Of a stretch of DNA of 43,729 nucleotides, positions 36,778-43,729 are shown piece after piece; within the stretch, counting starts at the first letter, position 1; each line of letters opens with the position of its first letter. Made by a program: the position numbers and the translations under genes. The notes beneath the pieces were generated by a model that did no database searches, was not told where the DNA came from, and was given only the letters and a program-made list of their open reading frames with translations. Source of the stretch: Flavobacteriales bacterium. Its GTDB lineage: Bacteria > Bacteroidota > Bacteroidia > NS11-12g > UBA955. The stretch spans positions 1-43,729 of the forward strand of contig CANHCW010000002.1 in the NCBI GenBank assembly GCA_947459165.1, read 5' to 3'.

Positions 36778-37749
36778 ATGCCAACCCGTAAAGAGTTTAT
36801 TAAAACTGCCACCGCTTTATCTGCTGTAATGAGTTTTGAAGGACTGGGGGCTGCGATGCCTTCCAGAAATTCAAGAAAGCCCGTGGTGGTCTCAACCTGG
36901 AATTTCGGAATTCAAGCTAATGAGTCTGCATGGAACATTCTGAAAAATGGAGGTTATGCCTTGGATGCTGTAGAAGCCGGTGTCAGAATCCCGGAGGCCG
37001 ATCCGAAAATTACCTCTGTTGGTTATGGCGGTTATCCGGATCGAGATGGCCGTGTTACGCTGGATGCCTGCATTATGGATGAGAATTTGAACTGCGGTTC
37101 TGTTGCCTGTTTGGAAAACATTATGCACCCCAGTTCTGTGTCGCGCTTGGTAATGGAAAAAACGCCCCATGTGATGCTGGTAGGTGAGGGGGCTAAAAAA
37201 TTCGCAACTGACCAAGGTTTTAAAGAAGAGAATTTACTTACGGAAGAGGCAGAGGCAGAATGGAAAGCGTGGTTAAAAAATTCGAAGTACAACCCGGTTC
37301 CAAACTGGGAAAAAAACCATGACACCATTGGCATGCTGGCACTGGATGCACAAGGAAGACTCTGCGGACTTTGCACAACCAGCGGTCAGGCCTGGAAGAT
37401 GCATGGCAGGGTGGGCGATTCTCCTATAATTGGCGCCGGTTTGTATGTTGACGGAGAAGTAGGTGCCGCCACCTGTTCTGGTTTGGGCGAAGAGATGATT
37501 CGCATTGCCGCTGCCCACAGTGTAGTGGAAGCTATGAGAGCAGGAACTTCCCCTCAAAAAGCCTGTGAAATTGTAATGAAAAGATTGTACCGAAAGCGAG
37601 GAGATAAATTAAAAAACACTCAAGTGGCCTTTCTCGCACTGGATGTGCAGGGCCGGGTGGGTGCTTTTAGTTTGCTTCAGGGATTTGAATATGCCCAACA
37701 GAACACTGACTCTCAAAAACTGATTAAATCAGGCTATTTACTTACCTGA
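36778..37749 (+). CDS. N4-(beta-N-acetylglucosaminyl)-L-asparaginase (glycosylasparaginase), Ntn hydrolase
   Basis: 323 aa with a signal-like N-terminus and the autoprocessing site HDTIGMLALD. GDSPIIGAGLYVD is as in the flavobacterial glycosylasparaginase. Confidence 0.88.
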   Translation: MPTRKEFIKTATALSAVMSFEGLGAAMPSRNSRKPVVVSTWNFGIQANESAWNILKNGGYALDAVEAGVRIPEADPKITSVGYGGYPDRDGRVTLDACIMDENLNCGSVACLENIMHPSSVSRLVMEKTPHVMLVGEGAKKFATDQGFKEENLLTEEAEAEWKAWLKNSKYNPVPNWEKNHDTIGMLALDAQGRLCGLCTTSGQAWKMHGRVGDSPIIGAGLYVDGEVGAATCSGLGEEMIRIAAAHSVVEAMRAGTSPQKACEIVMKRLYRKRGDKLKNTQVAFLALDVQGRVGAFSLLQGFEYAQQNTDSQKLIKSGYLLT

Positions 37750-39712
37750 GTAAAGTTATGTTTCCCCTTTGAAACTTGCGGAATCCATCGCAATCAGAAT
37801 AACATAAAAGCCAAGTGTAAACCCCTTCAGGACAGGGTTTGTTTAGATAATTTCCATCCCAACCATTATTCCTGTTTGATTCAAATATTTTTTCACCCCA
37901 GCGGTTATAAATACTTAATGTCACATTCTGATTAAACTTCTTGACAGGGAAAAAGTCATTTAGCCCATTATCGTCTGGGGTAAAGGCGTTGGGTAATGGT
38001 ATGTCGCTTAAATTTGGTAAAGCGGCAATTTCTATTGTATCAGAAGTTGAACAGCCATATTGATTTAAAATAGTAACATAATATTTGCCTGTTGACTTCA
38101 CAAAAACACCCTGGGTGTTTGATCCTGTATTCCACTCATATTGATAACTAGGCGGGGCATAAATTTTGAATTGGCCGTTCATACATATCGCGGTATCATT
38201 GCCTAAATTAAATTTTGGAATCGATCTAGAAATTAGTTTAATGGAGTCATCAAATGTTCCGCAGGAACTTGTATAGCGAATTTTAAAAGTGCCTTCTTTG
38301 GTAAAAAACCTGTTTATTTGCTTGCTTCCATCCCACCAGATGCATTTGCCATTCCAAAGGCTATCAATTTTAACCCAATAACTTAAACTGTCACAATATT
38401 GAAAGTCTGGAGGGGTGAGGTTGTCGGGCGTTTTTTCGAAGCGAACAATCTGCGTGTCGCCAATAACTTTGCAATGATTCCATGTTTTAAGGCAGAGTGT
38501 TGTGTTTTGTGTTAAAATCCTGAAAGAATCTGTGCTACCATTCTCCCAAATTAGATTAAAAGATTTTTTTGGTATGGATACAATAAATTGGCTGGTGTTA
38601 CATAATATGGTGTCATTTCCTAAAGAAACTAGCGGGAGTGAGTCTATCGCAATTTTAAAAGTATCATTCAGTTGATTACATGCATTCGAGTAATATATAA
38701 TGTAATTGCCGGAGGAATTAATAATTCTGCTATTCAGTGTAGAGCCATCCTGCCACTTGAATTCACCACTTAAATTAGTAGGAATGTTTATATCTAAAGA
38801 CTGACCAGGACAAATATTGGTGTCCACTTGCAATTTGGGGTTTAATGCTTTAGCTAAAATAACTTTTATGGTGTCCTTGCAAATATTACCATTTAAGTCT
38901 TTAACAGTTAATGAATAACTACCTGCAGAAATGGGGTGTTTTAATTTAACGGTTTCATTTCTGTTGCTGCCGGCAATATTTGCTGAAGGTTGCCACTCAT
39001 ATTCGTAAGATCGACATCGGCTTCCTAATTGAGACCAGGTTATTGCATGTAATTTGGCAGAATCGGTTTCGCAAAAAGTTTGATCTGGACCCGCATCGGC
39101 AGAAAGTAAACCGTTACCAAAAACGATATCGTCCACAGCCAGGTCGTTCCCATGTATTTGTGCATTTAGGGTTTCCAGCGCTGCAATAGCTGTGGTGTCG
39201 GAACCCGAAAACCATGCCCCTTGTAGTTGAACCCAGGAATTATTTATGTTGGGAATATTTATATCTGCTGCAACAACCTTGTTGTTGACCGTTAGCCTTA
39301 TTGTCGCGCCTGGATTTTGAGGCATATTCATACTGCAGTACCAAAGGCTGAAGTTGTACCAAGTTGATTTTTGAATTTTAAAAGTTTGGTAGAACTGATA
39401 TTTATAGCCCGATAGGTTCCTTGGGTCTATGTATAAATAATGTCCATTGTTGGTTCCAGTAGTGTGATCCGTGGTAGCTTCATTTAAAAAACGGGGTTGG
39501 ACTTTACTTTTTGGCTGCCAGCGGAATAAGGAGTAACCTTTCCATGGTGAATTCTGATTGGATAATTTGTTTGCGGGATTAAAATTATAGCAAGACATGC
39601 TGGTGTCTTCAAAATTGCCGTTCACCCATAAATTATTTACACTGCATAAGTGCTGCCCTGAAAGCTTCAAGACAAGAGAAAAAAGTAAAAATGCAAAATG
39701 CAACTTGCGCAT
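37742..39712 (-). CDS. T9SS cargo protein with Cys-containing tandem domains and a type-B (gliding-motility-associated) C-terminal sorting domain
   Basis: The start is set at MRKLHFAFLLFSLVLKLSGQ (ATG 39712) because a perfect -7 box ends 5 nt upstream and the rpsU terminator lies beyond it. The C-terminus PNAFTPDDNGLNDFF...IYNRWGEKIF...WDG is typical of the type-B T9SS CTD. The middle holds at least four ~70-aa repeats of the form LGNDTxxC...W..GS...G.Y......C..D.I. Confidence 0.8.
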   Translation of the reverse strand: MRKLHFAFLLFSLVLKLSGQHLCSVNNLWVNGNFEDTSMSCYNFNPANKLSNQNSPWKGYSLFRWQPKSKVQPRFLNEATTDHTTGTNNGHYLYIDPRNLSGYKYQFYQTFKIQKSTWYNFSLWYCSMNMPQNPGATIRLTVNNKVVAADINIPNINNSWVQLQGAWFSGSDTTAIAALETLNAQIHGNDLAVDDIVFGNGLLSADAGPDQTFCETDSAKLHAITWSQLGSRCRSYEYEWQPSANIAGSNRNETVKLKHPISAGSYSLTVKDLNGNICKDTIKVILAKALNPKLQVDTNICPGQSLDINIPTNLSGEFKWQDGSTLNSRIINSSGNYIIYYSNACNQLNDTFKIAIDSLPLVSLGNDTILCNTSQFIVSIPKKSFNLIWENGSTDSFRILTQNTTLCLKTWNHCKVIGDTQIVRFEKTPDNLTPPDFQYCDSLSYWVKIDSLWNGKCIWWDGSKQINRFFTKEGTFKIRYTSSCGTFDDSIKLISRSIPKFNLGNDTAICMNGQFKIYAPPSYQYEWNTGSNTQGVFVKSTGKYYVTILNQYGCSTSDTIEIAALPNLSDIPLPNAFTPDDNGLNDFFPVKKFNQNVTLSIYNRWGEKIFESNRNNGWDGNYLNKPCPEGVYTWLLCYSDCDGFRKFQRGNITLLR

Positions 39713-39717
39713 GTATA

Positions 39718-39725
39718 CAAATATA
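39718..39725 (-). promoter_or_regulatory. -7 promoter box (TATATTTG on minus strand) for the T9SS cargo gene
   Basis: Exact TAnnTTTG match, 5 nt upstream of the ATG at 39712 and just downstream of the rpsU terminator. Confidence 0.45.
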
Positions 39726-39744
39726 TAGACGATAGATAAACAAA

Positions 39745-39771
39745 AAAGGTCGCCCAAGGGGGGCGACCTTT
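39745..39771 (-). terminator. Rho-independent terminator of rpsU
   Basis: 11-bp stem (aaaggtcgccc / gggcgaccttt) with a 5-nt loop. On the minus strand it is followed by UUUUGUUUAUC. Confidence 0.75.
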
Positions 39772-39792
39772 AATTTATTTTCTGAAAATTAA

Positions 39793-39990
39793 TTAAGATT
39801 CCAGCTCCTGACGCTGCATCTGCTGACGGTAAGCAGCACGAATCTTCTGCATGCGTTTGGTGATGCAGGGTTTTTCGAAAGACTGACGCGAACGCAATTC
39901 TTTTACTACGCCGGTTTTTTCGTACTTCTTTTTGAATTTCTTCAGTGCCTTGTCAAGCGAATCGCTTTCTTTTACATTGATGACTATCAT
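39793..39990 (-). CDS. rpsU: 30S ribosomal protein S21
   Basis: 65 aa. IVINVKESDSLDKALKKFKKKYEKTGVVKELRSRQSFEKP is the S21 signature. Confidence 0.95.
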   Translation of the reverse strand: MIVINVKESDSLDKALKKFKKKYEKTGVVKELRSRQSFEKPCITKRMQKIRAAYRQQMQRQELES

Positions 39991-40023
39991 TCTGATCCGT
40001 TTCCTTTTTTAAATTTGGGAGTG

Positions 40024-40054
40024 CAAATATAATAAACTAGTTTTAATATTCAAA
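40024..40054 (-). promoter_or_regulatory. rpsU promoter (TTTG-N19-TATATTTG on minus strand)
   Basis: Both the -33 (TTTG) and -7 (TAnnTTTG) elements are present with a 19-nt spacer. The box ends 33 nt upstream of the ATG. Confidence 0.6.
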
Positions 40055-40056
40055 CA

Positions 40057-41199
40057 TTACGCTTTTAAAACTGCGCGGCTGATAACCAATTTCTGAATTT
40101 CGCTGGTGCCCTCGCCAATGGTGCACAGTTTGCAATCCCGGTAAAACTTCTCAGCGGGGAAATCTTTGGTATAGCCATATCCACCAAAAATCTGCACAGC
40201 CTCGTTGCTACAGTACACACTTACCTCGCTGGCGTAATACTTGGCCATGGCGCTTTGCTTGTTTACATTCAGCCCTTTGTTTTTCATATCCGCCGATTGT
40301 AGGGTTAGTAATTCTGCGGCTTCAATGCGGGTGGCCATGTCTGCCAGTTTAAATGCAATGGCCTGAAAATTGGAAATGGGCTGGCCGAATTGTTCTCTTT
40401 CCTTACTGTATTTCAGCGCAGCCTCGTAAGCGCCCTTGGCAATGCCCAACGACAATGCCGCAATGGAAATTCTTCCTCCATCCAGCACTTTCATGGCCTG
40501 AATAAAACCGTCACCAACATTTCCAAGGCGATTGGAATCGGGGATGCGGCAGTCTTCAAAAATCATTTCTGCGGTTTCACTGGCGCGCATACCCAATTTA
40601 TTTTCTTTTTTTCCTCCGCTAAACCCGGGGGTTCCTCTTTCCACCACAAATGCTGTAATTCCATGACTGTCCAGCAATTCTCCTGTGCGAGCCAGCACAA
40701 CGGCTACATTGCCGCTGATGCCGTGGGTAATCCAGTTTTTAGCTCCGTTCAAGATCCAGTGATCGCCGTCTTTTTGAGCTACACACTTCATTCGCAGCGC
40801 ATCTGAACCGGTATTGGCTTCGGTAAGCCCCCATGCGCCCAGCCATTCACCTGAGGCCAACTTGGGAAGCCAACGCATTTTTTGTTCTTCATTACCAAAT
40901 TGCAAGATGTGGCCTGTGCAAAGGCTGTTGTGGGCGGCCATGCTCAAACCCACGCTGCCACAAACTTTTGACAATTCTTCAATGGCTGCAACATATTCGA
41001 TGTAGCCCAATCCCGAACCTCCATACGATTCGGGCACAAGTACACCCATCAAACCCAGTTCGCCCAACGCTTTGAAAACATGGTGAGGGAATTCCTGCGA
41101 CTCGTCCCAGGTCATAAAATCGGGGCGAATGTGTTTGTCGGCAAAATCCCTCACGGTTTGCCTGATCATGTTCGTATTTTCAGTTGAAGAAAAATTCAT
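40057..41199 (-). CDS. Acyl-CoA dehydrogenase (short/branched-chain type)
   Basis: 380 aa with [42 protein letters not shown] and a catalytic Glu in the IGEGTSE context. Confidence 0.9.
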   Translation of the reverse strand: MNFSSTENTNMIRQTVRDFADKHIRPDFMTWDESQEFPHHVFKALGELGLMGVLVPESYGGSGLGYIEYVAAIEELSKVCGSVGLSMAAHNSLCTGHILQFGNEEQKMRWLPKLASGEWLGAWGLTEANTGSDALRMKCVAQKDGDHWILNGAKNWITHGISGNVAVVLARTGELLDSHGITAFVVERGTPGFSGGKKENKLGMRASETAEMIFEDCRIPDSNRLGNVGDGFIQAMKVLDGGRISIAALSLGIAKGAYEAALKYSKEREQFGQPISNFQAIAFKLADMATRIEAAELLTLQSADMKNKGLNVNKQSAMAKYYASEVSVYCSNEAVQIFGGYGYTKDFPAEKFYRDCKLCTIGEGTSEIQKLVISRAVLKA

Positions 41200-41209
41200 A
41201 AAAGTGTTG

Positions 41210-41217
41210 CAAAATTA
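41210..41217 (-). promoter_or_regulatory. -7 promoter box (TAATTTTG on minus strand) for the acyl-CoA dehydrogenase gene
   Basis: Exact TAnnTTTG match ending 10 nt before the ATG at 41199. Confidence 0.45.
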
Positions 41218-41291
41218 ACAATTAAGGGCAGGTGTTTGTTGAGCTAAACCTCGTTTCAGTGTTAAATTATTGCTTTTTTTTAAAATCGTTG

Positions 41292-42131
41292 TTAAAATGA
41301 AAGATAGGGTATCAATTTTTGCAATCGTTCAGGAGAAAGAGTTTTGATAAGGTATAAATCTTCGGCACTGATATTGCCCCGCTGTTTTCGGTAGGCACAA
41401 ATCAACTTGGCTTCACGAACCGACGCATAAGGATGTTTTGCAAGTTCTTCCTCGGAGCAGCTGTTTATGTTGATTTTTCTTACCTGCGAAAGGTCAATTT
41501 TAAATCCGGGAAGTAGTTTTTTCAAAGCGGTTGAATCTGTGCCCCTGGTTTCAAGAACCTGATTGACAGAAATGAAACCACCCAGTGCATCTCTAAATCT
41601 GATAATGCGCAGTGCTGTTTTCGAACCGATTCCGGGCAATTCAATGAGTTCCGCGGTGTCCGTTGAATTAAGTTCAATTATTTCACGATTTTCGTTTCTT
41701 CTGAAATTGTTGTTCTTGAAGGAACTTCTGCTTACCAACTTCAATAGTTTGTTGCTGTCAAGACCTGTTTCCACGCTGAGTTCAGCCAGTGAAGAATACC
41801 TGAAACCCGATTGTAATTTTTTGTAAATCCGGTCTGCGTTTTCAGCCGAAATCCCCATGGATTGTAAATCATCCGTCGTGGCCTTATTCAGGTAAACCCT
41901 TTTGGGTTTGTTCTTTATGTAAAAAGAATCCAGTATAGACTGATGCCGGATGCGCAATTCGGCCAGGGTTTGCGAATCGCTGAGCAGTTTCAAACTTTCA
42001 CCGGGTTTGTTGGCGCCATACCAGGCGGGTACAAGTGCAATAAAAACAGCAAGAATGAGTAGATAAAAAGCCCCGGCATGTTCTCCTTTATGAAGATTCA
42101 GCCAGCTTTTTAGGCCTTTAACTGCATTCAT
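41292..42131 (-). CDS. ComEA-like helix-hairpin-helix DNA-binding protein, membrane anchored
   Basis: 279 aa with an N-terminal TM helix (FYLLILAVFIALVPAWY). HhH motifs include ELIELPGIGSKTALRIIRFR and a second C-terminal unit. Confidence 0.65.
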   Translation of the reverse strand: MNAVKGLKSWLNLHKGEHAGAFYLLILAVFIALVPAWYGANKPGESLKLLSDSQTLAELRIRHQSILDSFYIKNKPKRVYLNKATTDDLQSMGISAENADRIYKKLQSGFRYSSLAELSVETGLDSNKLLKLVSRSSFKNNNFRRNENREIIELNSTDTAELIELPGIGSKTALRIIRFRDALGGFISVNQVLETRGTDSTALKKLLPGFKIDLSQVRKININSCSEEELAKHPYASVREAKLICAYRKQRGNISAEDLYLIKTLSPERLQKLIPYLSF

Positions 42132-42142
42132 GCCATTATTAC

Positions 42143-43396
42143 TCAGGACTTGGCGGTGGCCAGTTTTTCTTTGCGGTATTCCCCGCTATCGAGTTTGTGT
42201 TTAATAGCCTTGAATGCGGCAATGGTTTCCTGCACATCATCCAGGGTATGAACCGCAGTGGGTATGAGGCGAAGCATAATCACACCCTTTGGAACCACGG
42301 GATAAACCACAATACTGCAGAAAATATCAAAGTTTTCACGCAAATCGAAGGTCATGTGAGTGGCCTCAGGAATGGTGCCATTCAGCAAAACGGGCGTAAC
42401 TGGAGTGGTGGTGATGCCTATGTTAAATCCGGCTTCTTTCAATCCGCCCTGCAAAGCATTTACAATTTTCCAAAGATTGTCTTTCAGTTCCGGTCTGGTG
42501 CGCATCAGTTCCAGTCTTTTGATTGAACCAATGGTTAAAGGCATGGGCAGTGCTTTGGCATATATCTGGCTGCGCATATTATACCTTAAGTATTTGATAA
42601 TTAGGGGATCAGAGCCGATAAATGCTCCAATGCCGGCCATACTTTTGGCAAATGTGCTGAAATACACATCGATGCCATCCATACAATTTTGTTCCTCACC
42701 TGTTCCTGCTCCGGTTTTACCCATGGTTCCAAAACCATGTGCGTCATCAACAAAGAGCCTGAAATTGAATTTCTTTTTCAGCTCAACAATTTCTTTCAAT
42801 TTTCCCTGAGAACCACTCATGCCGAAAACGCCTTCAGTAATCACCATGATTCCACCGCCGGTTTTTTCAGCCAGTTTGGTTGCGTGGTTCAGCTGTTTTT
42901 CAAGGCTTTCAATATTGTTGTGCTGAAACATGAATCTTTTGCCAATGTGCAGACGCATACCATCAATAATGCAGGCGTGAGATTCAGCATCGTAAACAAT
43001 GATATCGTGGCGGTCAACAAGGGCATCGATGGCAGAAACCACTCCCTGATAGCCGAAGTTTAATAAAATCACATCAGGCTTGCCAATGAAATCAGCAAGA
43101 TCTCTCTCGAGCTGCTCGTGGTAATTGCTGTTACCACTCATCATGCGGGCACCCATCGGGTAGGCCATACCATATTGTGAGGCCGCATCCGCATCGGCCT
43201 TCATCACTTCCGGGTGGTTGGCCAGGCCCAAATAATTGTTCAGACTCCAGTTGAGTTTCATTTTTCCGTTGAAAATCATTCTGGGACCAATCGGACCTTC
43301 CAGCTTAGGAAAGGTAAAGTAACCGTGGGCGTCGTCGGCATGAATACCCAATGGGCCCATGCGGTTGACTACTTTTTCAAAAATATCATTTGCCAT
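42143..43396 (-). CDS. PLP-dependent alpha-oxoamine synthase family acyltransferase (KBL/AONS/SPT-like)
   Basis: 417 aa with NNYLGLANHPEV, DDAHGFG and the PLP-Lys motif FSTFAKSMAGIGA. Substrate specificity cannot be assigned from sequence alone. Confidence 0.85.
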   Translation of the reverse strand: MANDIFEKVVNRMGPLGIHADDAHGYFTFPKLEGPIGPRMIFNGKMKLNWSLNNYLGLANHPEVMKADADAASQYGMAYPMGARMMSGNSNYHEQLERDLADFIGKPDVILLNFGYQGVVSAIDALVDRHDIIVYDAESHACIIDGMRLHIGKRFMFQHNNIESLEKQLNHATKLAEKTGGGIMVITEGVFGMSGSQGKLKEIVELKKKFNFRLFVDDAHGFGTMGKTGAGTGEEQNCMDGIDVYFSTFAKSMAGIGAFIGSDPLIIKYLRYNMRSQIYAKALPMPLTIGSIKRLELMRTRPELKDNLWKIVNALQGGLKEAGFNIGITTTPVTPVLLNGTIPEATHMTFDLRENFDIFCSIVVYPVVPKGVIMLRLIPTAVHTLDDVQETIAAFKAIKHKLDSGEYRKEKLATAKS

Positions 43397-43428
43397 TTTC
43401 GAGAAATATTCAGTTGTAATTTTTACTG

Positions 43429-43436
43429 CAAAGTTA
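43429..43436 (-). promoter_or_regulatory. -7 promoter box (TAACTTTG on minus strand) for the alpha-oxoamine synthase / ComEA-like pair
   Basis: Exact TAnnTTTG match, 32 nt upstream of the ATG at 43396. Confidence 0.45.
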
Positions 43437-43462
43437 AGTTCAAATGAATTAATTCCCCTGCC

Positions 43463-43729
43463 TTATCCGTTTTTCAAATGTCCTATCAAGAAAATGCAGG
43501 GAGATTTGCCCAGAATTTGTTTTTCTGATTTCCAGTTCTTTGTCTTCTTTGTTTTGGTAAATCCCTCGGGTTCATGAAGATTACAGGCAATACAAAGCAG
43601 GGTTTCATCGGATAGATATTTCAAAAGAAAATCGAGCATTCTGTCACTACGGTATGGTGTTTCAATAAATATTTGTGTGTAACCTGATTGACGGGAAGTT
43701 TTTTCGCATTGCTGAATAAATAGTTTGAG
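43463..43729 (-). CDS. SAM-dependent methyltransferase, tetrapyrrole-methylase fold (RsmI/YraL-like); partial, N-terminus beyond window end
   Basis: Not in the track because it is edge-truncated. My minus-strand translation gives ...QIFIETPYRSDRMLDFLLKYLSDETLLCIACNLHEPEGFTKTKKTKNWKSEKQILGKSPCIFLIGHLKNG*. The FIETPYR motif and C-terminal layout are typical of this family. Confidence 0.6.
   Translation of the reverse strand, partial: LKLFIQQCEKTSRQSGYTQIFIETPYRSDRMLDFLLKYLSDETLLCIACNLHEPEGFTKTKKTKNWKSEKQILGKSPCIFLIGHLKNG

Overview
This is a 43.7-kb chromosomal segment that looks Bacteroidota-type. That call is inferred from many TAnnTTTG -7 promoter boxes, a T9SS type-B C-terminal sorting domain, a TonB-dependent receptor with a carboxypeptidase-regulatory-like N-domain, and gene order. 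The centre (12.5-25.4 kb, + strand) is the universal translation/transcription block: tRNA-Thr(UGU)-Tyr-Gly-Thr(GGU)-tuf, then tRNA-Trp-secE-nusG-rplK-rplA-rplJ-rplL-rpoB-rpoC. It is tightly packed, with only hairpin attenuators inside. Left flank, mostly minus strand:
- partial methylmalonyl-CoA mutase
- IscA-type Fe-S protein
- orphan FtsX/MacB-type permease
- exported beta-propeller protein
- gcvT
- a four-gene outer-membrane uptake operon rich in His/Cys motifs
- EamA transporter
- DjlA-like J-protein
- DUF4340-like protein

Right flank:
- ABC exporter
- deoxynucleoside kinase
- thioesterase
- BatA/vWA membrane protein translationally coupled to a dihydroorotase-like protein that has lost every metal/catalytic ligand
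- TrmH methyltransferase
- saccharopine-dehydrogenase-like protein
- exported WD40 protein
- RidA, hpf and xerC-like recombinase
- glycosylasparaginase
- a Cys-repeat T9SS cargo protein
- rpsU
- acyl-CoA dehydrogenase
- ComEA-like protein
- an alpha-oxoamine synthase
- a partial RsmI-like methyltransferase

I saw no CRISPR array, IS element, prophage or rRNA. The best candidates for undescribed biology are the His/Cys-rich TBDR operon (6062-9606) and the BatA-like plus pseudo-dihydroorotase pair (28389-31675). There is also a window-wide pattern of promoters placed so close to ATG codons that many mRNAs would be leaderless. Most of the window is ordinary core genome. Several starts in the supplied ORF track are upstream TTG extensions, which I corrected using promoter positions.
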